This document shows, piece after piece, positions 19,687-28,395 of a DNA stretch of 38,817 nt. Numbering within the stretch: position 1 is the stretch's first letter; every line of letters begins with the position of its first letter. The notes beneath the pieces are model-generated. The model was not told where the DNA came from, searched no databases, and saw only the letters and a list, made by a program, of their open reading frames with translations. Source of the DNA: Deltaproteobacteria bacterium (GTDB lineage Bacteria; Myxococcota_A; UBA9160; SMWR01); the NCBI GenBank assembly GCA_032128375.1, contig JAQBGU010000173.1, positions 1 to 38,817 of the forward strand. The letters are read 5' to 3'. The position numbers were made by a program, and so were the translations under genes.

Positions 19687-20958
19687 ATGGACGCCGCCGA
19701 CCCCCAGCGTGAACCACCCCAGCAGCTGACCGCGAAGCAAGCGGCAGACCGGCTGGGTATCAAGCGGGAAACGCTGTACGCGTACATCAGCCGCGGAATG
19801 CTCGATCGGCAGCGCGTGCCGGGCAGCCGGGAGAGCTACTTCGACCCGGTCGCAGTCGAGCGTCTGGCCGCGAAAAAGCGCGGAACGGGTCGTGCGGGAT
19901 CGGTCGAAGTCGTGATCGGCACTGCACTGACATCGATGGAACAGCAGGGTGTCTCGTACCGGGGAATCAACGCCGCCGAGCTAGCCAAAACCCGCTCATT
20001 CGAATCCGTTGCCGAGTGGCTCTGGGGCCGCGATTTCCCGAGCGGCGAACCTTCGCCCGCGTGGCGCGCCACTGCCGCCGCGTTGGCAGCCGGCCGAGCC
20101 GTTCAGCAAGCGCTGCCCGATGCATCGCGACCGACCGACAGAATACGCGCCACGCTGGCAGTGGTCGGGCCGACCGATGCGCTGCGGTTTGACGTGAGCC
20201 CGGCTGCTGTCGTTGCTGCGGGTCGCAGCACCATTGCGGCGCTGGTCGACTCGTTGCCATTGCTCGGCACTGCAAGTCCGCGGTCATTATCGATCGATGA
20301 ACAGCCGGCCCGCAGAAACCCGCTGGCGCTGCGGCTATGGCCGAGGCTCAGCCCGAGAGCCGCGAGCCAGAACAGCCCCGAATTGCTGAACGCGGCGCTG
20401 GTACTTGGGGCGGACCACGAGTTGGCGGCGTCCACGTTGGCGGCCCGCATTGCCGCCTCCGTTCGCGCAGACCCATACTCGGTCCTCAACGCTGGGTTCG
20501 GTGTGTTGGCGGGCCCGCTTCACGGCGGGGCTAGCGGACAGGTCCATCGCTTGCTCAGTGAAGTCGGTCGGCCCGAAAACGCTCTTCCGGTACTCACCGA
20601 GCATTTTCGACGCGAGAAGTTCATGCCGGGCTTCGGCCACCTTTTCTATCGAGGCGAAGACCCGCGCGCTGTCGCGCTGCTCGCGATGTTGCGGCGGTCG
20701 AACCTGGATGCTGCGCGACTCGAAGCCGTGGAAGCCGTACTCGAGGTCCTGCACGACCGCCTGCCCGTCTTCATGAACGTCGACTTCGCATTGGCTGCCT
20801 TGGCCTTCTGTGGGCGAATGTGCGACGGCGCACCCGAGGCGATCTTTGGCATCGCGCGTTGCGCGGGCTGGCTCGCACACGCGATCGAAGAATATCAGGA
20901 ACGACCCCTCAGGTTTCGCCCGCGCGCCCACTACCTGGGTCCGCCACCTGCTATGTAG
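19687..20958 (+). CDS. Fusion of an N-terminal helix-turn-helix (excisionase/MerR-like) and a citrate synthase-like domain
   Basis: LTAKQAADRLGIKRETLYAYISRG HTH; CS motifs ADHELAAST, LAGPLHGG, PGFGHLFY, DPR, NVDF and GWLAHAIEEY. Confidence 0.88.
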   Translation: MDAADPQREPPQQLTAKQAADRLGIKRETLYAYISRGMLDRQRVPGSRESYFDPVAVERLAAKKRGTGRAGSVEVVIGTALTSMEQQGVSYRGINAAELAKTRSFESVAEWLWGRDFPSGEPSPAWRATAAALAAGRAVQQALPDASRPTDRIRATLAVVGPTDALRFDVSPAAVVAAGRSTIAALVDSLPLLGTASPRSLSIDEQPARRNPLALRLWPRLSPRAASQNSPELLNAALVLGADHELAASTLAARIAASVRADPYSVLNAGFGVLAGPLHGGASGQVHRLLSEVGRPENALPVLTEHFRREKFMPGFGHLFYRGEDPRAVALLAMLRRSNLDAARLEAVEAVLEVLHDRLPVFMNVDFALAALAFCGRMCDGAPEAIFGIARCAGWLAHAIEEYQERPLRFRPRAHYLGPPPAM

Positions 20959-21061
20959 GTCCGACTTCGTCAGCAGTCCGACTGCGGCGAATCTCAGCGA
21001 AGTTCGGAAAAGCTTCCCCGGCTCCTGATGACCCGCGTCACCCGGTGGATTCGCGATCGCG

Positions 21062-22054
21062 TTGACAGCTGGTACGCTTCGACCGGTGAAAGAGGCGCTA
21101 TCCGGGAAAAGCTCCGAACGCATCGTTTCGCTGATCCCCAGCACCACCGAAATCACCTGCGCGCTCGGTTTCACTGACGCGCTGGTAGCTCGCTCTCACG
21201 AATGCGACTTCCCGTTCGGGGTCGAGTCGTTACCCGCGTTGACCGAACCCAAGCTCGACCCTTCGGCCTCGAGTCATTTGATCGATGACCGCGTCAAGCA
21301 ACTCGTCGCAGATGGCTTGAGCGTGTACCGCGTCGACGCCGACCTGCTGCGCAGCCTGGAACCGACGGTCATTCTGACCCAGGACCAGTGCGAGGTTTGT
21401 GCAGCGAGCCTGGGTGACCTCGAAGGCGCGCTCGCCAATTGGTTGGGAGCCGCACCCAAAGTCGTTTCGCTCAATCCCAGCACGCTGTCGGACGTATGGA
21501 TGGACATCGAGCGTGTCGCCACCGCACTGGGCGCCGCCGAACAGGGGAAACAGATTGTTCGCGAACTCACTGAGCGCGTTTCCGAAATTGCCGAGCGCAC
21601 GTTGCGAATCCGCTCGCGGCCGAGGGTCGCGTGCATCGAGTGGATCGACCCGCTGATGGCTGCCGGCAACTGGATCCCCGAAATGGTGCGACTGGCTGGT
21701 GGCGAGCCAATCTTCGGCGAGCCGGGTGTGCACTCTCCCTGGCTCGAATGGCAATCCCTGCGCGACGCGGATCCGGAGATCATCGTGCTGCTCCCGTGTG
21801 GATTCGGCATCGAACGCACCAGGGCAGAGATGACACCACTGCTGGCGCAGCCGGGCTGGTCGAACTTGTCAGCGGTTCGGGCGCAGCGGGTGTATCTCAC
21901 AGATGGCAACCAGTATTTCAACCGGCCCGGACCGCGACTCGTCGAGTCGCTCGAGATCCTGGCCGAAATCACGCACCCGGACTATTTCGCACCATCGAGC
22001 GCTCGAGTTACCACTGGCGATCTACCAGCCGGCGCTGGCTGGCAGACCCTTTGA
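21062..22054 (+). CDS. BtuF/TroA-like (cobalamin/siderophore-type) binding-fold protein without a signal peptide
   Basis: RIVSLIPSTTE, SHECDFP, TQDQCEVC, EWIDPLMAAGNWIPE, DPEIIVLLPCGF and YFNRPGPRL. Start uncertain (21062 TTG or 21086 GTG). Confidence 0.8.
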   Translation: MTAGTLRPVKEALSGKSSERIVSLIPSTTEITCALGFTDALVARSHECDFPFGVESLPALTEPKLDPSASSHLIDDRVKQLVADGLSVYRVDADLLRSLEPTVILTQDQCEVCAASLGDLEGALANWLGAAPKVVSLNPSTLSDVWMDIERVATALGAAEQGKQIVRELTERVSEIAERTLRIRSRPRVACIEWIDPLMAAGNWIPEMVRLAGGEPIFGEPGVHSPWLEWQSLRDADPEIIVLLPCGFGIERTRAEMTPLLAQPGWSNLSAVRAQRVYLTDGNQYFNRPGPRLVESLEILAEITHPDYFAPSSARVTTGDLPAGAGWQTL

Positions 22055-22077
22055 CACCCAATTGCACCGGAGGCCCC

Positions 22078-22407
22078 ATGTCAGAAGTACACGATGTCAC
22101 CGACCAAACGTTCGAACGTGAAGTCATCGAATCCGATATCCCGGTAATCGTTGATTTCTGGGGTGAACACTGCCCGCCGTGCCGCGCGATCTCACCGATA
22201 CTGCGGGACTTCGCGGGGGAGTACGCCGGACGGGTCAAGATCGTGAAGTTGAACTCCGACGAGAACGGTGAAACCATGATCCGTTACCAGGTGATGGCCC
22301 TGCCTACTATTCTCGCCTTCTCCGGTGGCCAGGTCGTCGGACAGATTGTCGGCGCCAGGCCGAAAAAGGATTTCAAAGAAATCATCGAACGAGCACTCGT
22401 AGTCTGA
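22078..22407 (+). CDS. Thioredoxin
   Basis: ATG at 22078 after GGAGG; 109 aa. PVIVDFWGEHCPPC active site, cis-Pro ALPT, and IVGA. Confidence 0.92.
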   Translation: MSEVHDVTDQTFEREVIESDIPVIVDFWGEHCPPCRAISPILRDFAGEYAGRVKIVKLNSDENGETMIRYQVMALPTILAFSGGQVVGQIVGARPKKDFKEIIERALVV

Positions 22408-22451
22408 GTTCTCTGTCGCCTTCAGCCGAATACAGGGATCAGCTGAATGGG

Positions 22452-22877
22452 TCATGGAAGCCGTGATGGCTCTTCTACAACCTCGATCCGAAGCGCGAGC
22501 GATTTCGTTCGGTCGCCACTCAAAAACGCAACGAAGTCATCGGCCCATCCATACTTTTTCGCCATCTCCCCGTGCACGGCTTGCAACAGCGGAGGTTCCT
22601 CCACCAGTCGCACATCTTCGAGCTTTCCGGAGCGCTCGAGTCTCACCTGGGGGTTGGCACGCAGTCGGGTGACCCAACCGCTGCCATCGGGTGTACCGGC
22701 ACGCAGATAGGACGCATTCTCGAAATCGACGACCCATAGCGGGGTGGTCTGCCACTCTCCATCGGCATCGCGGGTGTGGAGCGTCACGACCTCGCCAACC
22801 AGGGGCGTCGCAGTGATGATCGATAGCCCCAAGAAGGCCACAACGAATAACCCGACGATGATGAGTACTCTTTTCAT
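22452..22877 (-). CDS. Membrane-anchored or exported split-barrel (DUF2255/nitroreductase-like) protein
   Basis: N-terminal hydrophobic segment; TTPLWVV...YLRAG...W...LRANPQV and MAKKYG pattern. Confidence 0.6.
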   Translation of the reverse strand: MKRVLIIVGLFVVAFLGLSIITATPLVGEVVTLHTRDADGEWQTTPLWVVDFENASYLRAGTPDGSGWVTRLRANPQVRLERSGKLEDVRLVEEPPLLQAVHGEMAKKYGWADDFVAFLSGDRTKSLALRIEVVEEPSRLP

Positions 22878-22919
22878 TTCGTTCCCCCCGAGCCAGCCCG
22901 ATCAACGAGCTGCCTGGCG

Positions 22920-22965
22920 CTTGCGCCATTGGCACTTTCGCCATGGGTATCTTTCGCCATGGGTA
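22920..22965. repeat. Three 15-bp direct repeats
   Basis: CTTTCGCCATGGGTA at 22935-22949 and 22951-22965, plus the degenerate CTTGCGCCATTGGCA at 22920-22934. Confidence 0.7.
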
Positions 22966-23054
22966 AAAGGGTAGTACCGGTAATCAACACAGTCGTGCCC
23001 GGAACCCGGTATTCGTCGAACTACACCAAAAAGATGGCAAAATCCGGAAGCCGG

Positions 23055-25187
23055 CTATTTGCGTCCCCCACCGAACAGGCCCTCGAGGCCGCGACGCAGG
23101 AGTTTTGACGCATCCTTCTCGCCCGGCTTGCCATCGCCAGCGTCCGATGGCGAGCCGAGCGCCTTTCCCAGCAGATCTCCCAACACCTCTGCCTGCAGGG
23201 CACGTGCCACCTTGCTCAGGTCGGGCTCGGCCCGGACGTCGGGAATGCCGCCGCGCAGCCGAACCGGAATTTCGATTCGGTCGGCCGAGTTCTGCAGATA
23301 GCGGGCTTCCTTCACCGAGGCGACCAGATCAGCTGTCAATGCTTCGGACAAGGTCATCGCCACATGCATATCGAGTGTGTTGCGGAGTGCGTACTCCCCC
23401 TCTCCAGAAAGTGAGTAGTCGCGGGCTGCGAGCCGGAAGTCACTGACCCGCGCGATACCATCTCGAATATCGAGCTTTGCGTCCAGTTTTTCGAAAACCG
23501 TGTCGCCGACACCGAACACTGATGGATATTTCTGGCGAATCTTTGGTGCGATCAGGTTGGACAACCCCGGTACACCGATGATTCCCTTCATCACACTGTC
23601 GGCGAGGTTCACGTCTTTCAACGTACCGTTTTCCAGCATGAGATTTCCGGTGCCTGTCATCACCTCGCGAATTTTTTCCCATTCGGAACCCCTGCCACTC
23701 ACCGACAGGTTGGCGGCCGCGGTCCCTTCGACCATGCCGCTCATCGAGGGCGCCTGGTTATCGACCAGCTTCGCAACCGACACCTTCTCGAGTCGCGTGT
23801 CGAGATGGAAGGTCGGTGACTCATCTCCGAGATCGTAGTATCCGGCGAAGTGCACAATGCCGTCGAACACACCCAACGTGAGCTTCTCCACGGTCGCACG
23901 CCCATTGGCGAACTCGAAGTCAAACTTCAGATCGCCATAGGTCGCACCTGAAACGACGCCACTGGGTGAAACGAGCTCGACGCCGAGGCGCGGCCCGCGT
24001 TCCGGCATCGCGAGGCGCGTCTCGATTGCCAAGTTGCGGATTTCGTCTTCCGGAGCACCCTCGGCGCCGGGAACACCGAAATCCGCCAGCCCAACGCGGT
24101 CGGACCGAACCGAAGCCGTTGCGAGGATCGCTGCTGAAAGATTTTCTAGCTTTGCCTCGATATGAATCTGGGTATCGCCCAGTCGTAGATCCGCCTTGGG
24201 GACGTTCAGCGCGTCGCCCTGTCGAACTGCCGACCACTCGAGTCGCAGTGTCTTGCCGGTGGGCTTGTGGAACCCCTCTGCTTCCGCACTCCCGAACGCG
24301 AAGGCCGCATCGGTCGCATCGAATTCTCCATCGAGCTTCAGGGCATCCAATCTACCCGAGAGTTCGGAATCCATGCGGAGCGTACCGCTCGCGGTCGTGT
24401 CCGGAGGCAACGCCGCCTTCACTGCGGACAGCGCCATCAAGCCGTCGATCGACAACGGCCCCACAGCGAGATCGAGATCGATTTCGATGTCCCCCTGCGC
24501 CGCGGACATCGGGCCAACCTTTCCAGACACTTCGATGTTCTGTCGGTCGGCTCCCAGAGCCGCTGCGCGAAGAACGAAGCCAATGGGTTCCGTGAGGCTG
24601 ACTTCCGACGCGCTGAAATCAACCTGCGTGAGAGCCAGTTCCACCGGAGATTTCGCAGTCTGATCGATGAATACGAAGCGACCACCCTTCACATCTATCA
24701 ACGACACCGTCAAGGCGAGCGCCTGCGATGCGCCGGCTTCGTCTGGCTGCATTTGGCCGGCCGGCGCTTCCACCTTGGAAGTATCGGCCAACCCTGCATC
24801 GCCGAGGCTGTCTACGGAAAGCCCTCGGGTGGTCTGGATCACGCGAATCGATGGCTCGCGAAGTACGACCCGCCCGATACGGATCTCACCCAGCAGTGCC
24901 GGAAGAATTTCGACTCGCACTTCAACGGTACCCGCGCTTACGAAGTCAGCTTCAGAGTACGCCGGATCGTCCGCAATCGAGACGTCGGCCACGCGAACTC
25001 CGAAGCCCGACCAGATCGAGACATCGAGATCGCCAAAGCTCACCTCGCGACCAATGACGCGCTGAACCTCGCTTGCCAGCCACTCGCGATTCTCGTTCAG
25101 CCAGGAATTGAGATTGGCAGCGGCCAGCAGCGCGCCACCGGTAACGATGCCGGCTAGCAAGACTGCTGCGATGATCAGTTTGCGCAT
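23055..25187 (-). CDS. AsmA-family (repeating beta-groove) protein
   Basis: N-terminal anchor; GREVSFGDLDVSIW, IADDPAYS, ILPALLGEIRIGRVVLREP; beta-rich body and AsmA-like C-terminus. Confidence 0.85.
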   Translation of the reverse strand: MRKLIIAAVLLAGIVTGGALLAAANLNSWLNENREWLASEVQRVIGREVSFGDLDVSIWSGFGVRVADVSIADDPAYSEADFVSAGTVEVRVEILPALLGEIRIGRVVLREPSIRVIQTTRGLSVDSLGDAGLADTSKVEAPAGQMQPDEAGASQALALTVSLIDVKGGRFVFIDQTAKSPVELALTQVDFSASEVSLTEPIGFVLRAAALGADRQNIEVSGKVGPMSAAQGDIEIDLDLAVGPLSIDGLMALSAVKAALPPDTTASGTLRMDSELSGRLDALKLDGEFDATDAAFAFGSAEAEGFHKPTGKTLRLEWSAVRQGDALNVPKADLRLGDTQIHIEAKLENLSAAILATASVRSDRVGLADFGVPGAEGAPEDEIRNLAIETRLAMPERGPRLGVELVSPSGVVSGATYGDLKFDFEFANGRATVEKLTLGVFDGIVHFAGYYDLGDESPTFHLDTRLEKVSVAKLVDNQAPSMSGMVEGTAAANLSVSGRGSEWEKIREVMTGTGNLMLENGTLKDVNLADSVMKGIIGVPGLSNLIAPKIRQKYPSVFGVGDTVFEKLDAKLDIRDGIARVSDFRLAARDYSLSGEGEYALRNTLDMHVAMTLSEALTADLVASVKEARYLQNSADRIEIPVRLRGGIPDVRAEPDLSKVARALQAEVLGDLLGKALGSPSDAGDGKPGEKDASKLLRRGLEGLFGGGRK

Positions 25188-25267
25188 GACTCGACGTGTC
25201 CTCCGCGCTGGCTATCGGCCTGTCTCGGGAACTCCCAGCGTGGGCAATTCGCGAATCCCTCAGTGAC

Positions 25268-25309
25268 GGGAGCTTCCGGAAGGGAGCTTCCTGAAGGGAG
25301 CGGCCTGAA
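25268..25309. repeat. Three 14-bp tandem repeats
   Basis: GGGAGCTTCCGGAA / GGGAGCTTCCTGAA / GGGAGCGGCCTGAA. Confidence 0.75.
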
Positions 25310-25332
25310 GAGATTTTCGTTCTGTTTAGTGA

Positions 25333-26778
25333 TCAATTCGAGGGGGGTGATCCCTCAGGGGGTGCAATCCAACCGCCGAATGCATTCTCGAGCGCCTGTG
25401 CGACCGCGATCGTGAGATGATCTCGACCGTGCGCGGCGGCGACCTGGATGCCGAGTGGCAAACCACTTTCATCGAAACCGAGCGGGACCTGCGTCACCGG
25501 AAGCTGTAACGCATTGAAGATCGAGGTAAATCGAAACGAAGATGAGGAATCCAAGCCGTGATACGGCGCGGGCCTGATCGACGTCGGATAGAGCATCACA
25601 CCGTCATCGCCGAGCAAGACTTCGAGTTCCGCGCCCAGCCGGCTACCCAGATCGCGGCCGTGGCTTAGCCATTTGCGTCTCCAGCCGGCGAACTCACTCA
25701 GCGTCGCGGCCAGCATCGGCGGATATGAATAATTCGAACGCCCGCGCGCGAGGCGACCCCATTCACGGCTGAGTGAGATCGGCCTGCCGTCCGCCATCGC
25801 AGACTTGAAATCTACACCTGCCAAAATCAAGGTTCCAGCGCTGATGGATGCCGATTGACTGAACGCTGAGATGTCTCTCATCTCCACCGATGAACCCAGC
25901 GCAGCCAATGCGTAGGCGGCCTTCTGTTGTGCGAACCGAAGCACCTGGCGCGGACGTCGGCTGGTCCCGTCGCCCTCGACGACCACGACCCGAAGCGCAC
26001 CGAGATCTACAGCGGATGGGTCTCCCAGCTCGATCGCCTCACAACCCGAATCGATCCCATCGGGCCCGGCCAGGATGCGCAGCAACGGCATCAGGTCCTG
26101 TGCGCGGCGGGCCAGCGGCCCCGTCGTGTTGATGCGCAGAACTTCGCCCTGATAGGCGGGATATTGGCCGGTTCCAGGAACCAATCCGCCCGAGGGCTTG
26201 TGACCGAAGATCCCATTACAAAACGCGGGGATCCGAATCGAGCCACCGACATCCGTGCCCAGACCGAACGGTGAGCCTCCGGCACCGATGATCGCGCCCT
26301 CCCCGCCCGAACTTCCACCCGCTATCCGAGTCTGATCGTATGCGTTGTTGGTCTGGCCATACACGTTATTGAACGTCGCAGTCCAGACTGTGATCTCCGA
26401 GGTATTCGTGACACCGATAGGGATCGCTCCTGCTGCGCGAAGCCGCGCGACGGCCGTCGCATCCGAACTCGCAACCACGCTCGCTCTCGCCACGACGCCC
26501 GAGCTGTTCGGCATGCCGCTCAGTGAGATGCTCTCTTTGATCGTGCAAGGTACACCGATAAGCGGGGGTAGATCTGCTCCGCCTTCGCGGACCCTTGCGT
26601 CGGCCTGCTTTGCGTCGATTCGGGCATGTTCGAATCGATCTCGAACAACGGCGTTCAGCCGGGGATTGACCTGTTCGATCCGCTCGATGTGCTTTTCGAC
26701 CGCGGCAACCGATGAGGTCTCGCCTGACGAAATCCGACGCGCCAGTTCGAGTGCAGAGACTTGGAGCAGGTCGTCCAT
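25333..26778 (-). CDS. Amidase signature family enzyme (fatty-acid amide hydrolase-like)
   Basis: GVPCTIKE (catalytic Lys), GGSSGGEG, GLGTDVGGSIRIPA (Ser nucleophile) and GLPLGIQV. Confidence 0.93.
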   Translation of the reverse strand: MDDLLQVSALELARRISSGETSSVAAVEKHIERIEQVNPRLNAVVRDRFEHARIDAKQADARVREGGADLPPLIGVPCTIKESISLSGMPNSSGVVARASVVASSDATAVARLRAAGAIPIGVTNTSEITVWTATFNNVYGQTNNAYDQTRIAGGSSGGEGAIIGAGGSPFGLGTDVGGSIRIPAFCNGIFGHKPSGGLVPGTGQYPAYQGEVLRINTTGPLARRAQDLMPLLRILAGPDGIDSGCEAIELGDPSAVDLGALRVVVVEGDGTSRRPRQVLRFAQQKAAYALAALGSSVEMRDISAFSQSASISAGTLILAGVDFKSAMADGRPISLSREWGRLARGRSNYSYPPMLAATLSEFAGWRRKWLSHGRDLGSRLGAELEVLLGDDGVMLYPTSIRPAPYHGLDSSSSFRFTSIFNALQLPVTQVPLGFDESGLPLGIQVAAAHGRDHLTIAVAQALENAFGGWIAPPEGSPPSN

Positions 26779-26836
26779 GTCGTTCCTCGCGATCGTCTCG
26801 ATTGGCCCGCTTCCGGAAGTCGGCGAAAAATTCGCA

Positions 26837-27676
26837 CTAGCCCAGTTCGTCGAAGAACCTCTGTTCGAGCCGACCGAGGTCGGCCTTGAATATGGTGCGA
26901 ATCGTCCGATCGAGGTCTTGGGTGCGAATCAATCCATCACAGATTGCGCGCAGCGAATCCTCACCGTTGATTCTGGACAGGAAATCGACCATTCCGTAGG
27001 CCTCGAGATAAGCGATTTGGGCAGCGTTCTGGCCGAGGTGTCCCAAGCTCGGGGTGCTGAGGCTAGCCAGCGAAAACAGCGTCCCCCGATCGTACGCGTG
27101 CGATAGGGTATTCGTTTCGGCGTGGTTCAATCCGCGCTTACCCATCGCTCGCGCCTCGAACCATTCGGCGAGACCCTCATTGAGCCACGCGGGCGGGCGG
27201 TAACTCGGGGCTGCGATGTCCAGTCCCGCGTGAACGAGTTCGTGGTGCAAGACGCGGGAAAGCTCCGTGGTCAACTCGGCTCCTCCGCGTATCCGAATGA
27301 CGCCGTGATAGAAGCCGGCCGCCGCAAACCGGAAGACTCCTGCGAATTGCCGATCGAACACGTCGCTGTCGTAGATCACGACCCGTATGCGACGCTTTGG
27401 CCGCAACCCCAGGAAGTCTTCGAGACGATCGTAGGCGCGTTCGAGATCCGCCAGGACCTGCTGCTCGAAGCGCCGCGAACCGTGAAAACCACCGGACCGT
27501 TCGATTGCGACGTCCTGCAACAGCTCGAAGTGCGCGGAACTACGTTTCGCAAAATTTCCGTCTGCACCACGGTCGAGCGCCGTGGCGACGGTGGTCAGCC
27601 ATGAGAGCGGAAGACACAACGCAATCGCTCGCGCCAAAATTCCAATTCTTCTGTTGATTCCCGGCGCTACCGTCAC
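26837..27676 (-). CDS. Secreted gluzincin (peptidase MA-like) metallohydrolase
   Basis: HELVH zinc motif plus PAWLNEGLAE. A signal-peptide-like stretch follows the GTG at 27676; the longer ORF start overlaps the GST gene. Confidence 0.78.
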   Translation of the reverse strand: MTVAPGINRRIGILARAIALCLPLSWLTTVATALDRGADGNFAKRSSAHFELLQDVAIERSGGFHGSRRFEQQVLADLERAYDRLEDFLGLRPKRRIRVVIYDSDVFDRQFAGVFRFAAAGFYHGVIRIRGGAELTTELSRVLHHELVHAGLDIAAPSYRPPAWLNEGLAEWFEARAMGKRGLNHAETNTLSHAYDRGTLFSLASLSTPSLGHLGQNAAQIAYLEAYGMVDFLSRINGEDSLRAICDGLIRTQDLDRTIRTIFKADLGRLEQRFFDELG

Positions 27677-27746
27677 CCCGCATCTGGACCCGCAGTGAGT
27701 CTTGTGCCCGACGTCTGAGCGACGAGAGCGCCATCGCTGCTGCACG

Positions 27747-28355
27747 CTACGCCTTCGCGCTGGGCCGCGACGATACCTCGTCGTACCAGCGGGAGAGGTG
27801 CTTCTGGTCGGGTTGGATTCCAATCTGCGAAACCCGCCCGAAGTCGATTGCGATCAGCAGCGTGATATCTGCGATCGTGAAGCGCTCTCCGGCAACGAAC
27901 GCGCGACCTGCCAGTTCGCTGTCGATCCACGCCAACCGTTTGAATGAGTTCTCTTTCAGCACGGCGCCGTAGGCTGGCACCTGTGTGATTCGCCCCTTGA
28001 AGAAATCGTGTGTATTGCGGAACGTACCCATGATCGGGACGGCGATCTCGAGTTCCATTCGGCGCTGCCACATTTCGACCCGTGCAGAATCGACCGCGCC
28101 CACACCCATCAACGGCGGGTTGGGTTGTTCGAGTTCGAAGTAGCGACAGATCGCGACCGACTCGGCGATGATCGTGCCGTCGTCGAGTTCCAGCATCGGT
28201 ATGCCGCCCATCGGGTTCTTGGCTAGGTAGTCGGGCTCTCGATTCTCGGCTTTGCCGATGTCTACTTGAACGGTGGGAACTTCGATTCCCTTTTCTGCCA
28301 GAAAGATTCGAACTCGGCGCGGATTGGGCGCCATCGCGCTGTCGTAGAGTTTCAA
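27747..28355 (-). CDS. Glutathione S-transferase family protein
   Basis: TTG at 28355 after GAGG. KLYD...APNPRRVRIFLAEKG, NPMGGIPML, ESVAICRY and FTIADI. Confidence 0.92.
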   Translation of the reverse strand: MKLYDSAMAPNPRRVRIFLAEKGIEVPTVQVDIGKAENREPDYLAKNPMGGIPMLELDDGTIIAESVAICRYFELEQPNPPLMGVGAVDSARVEMWQRRMELEIAVPIMGTFRNTHDFFKGRITQVPAYGAVLKENSFKRLAWIDSELAGRAFVAGERFTIADITLLIAIDFGRVSQIGIQPDQKHLSRWYDEVSSRPSAKA

Positions 28356-28395
28356 TGGGGCCTCGGGGGGTTGAGGGATGAATGGTGCAGTGGGT

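Noticed and set aside
20959..21061. Cobalamin riboswitch upstream of the BtuF-like gene
   Set aside because: An imperfect stem exists (20960-20969 with 20998-21008), but no B12-box or GCCACTG-type motif is visible and the gap is short. An Rfam scan would settle it.
21631..22077. N-terminal extension on the thioredoxin (258-aa ORF)
   Set aside because: It overlaps the upstream gene in another frame, and a clear RBS precedes the ATG at 22078. The same reasoning trimmed the SDR, GST, peptidase, GMC, GT2 and DUF4097 starts.
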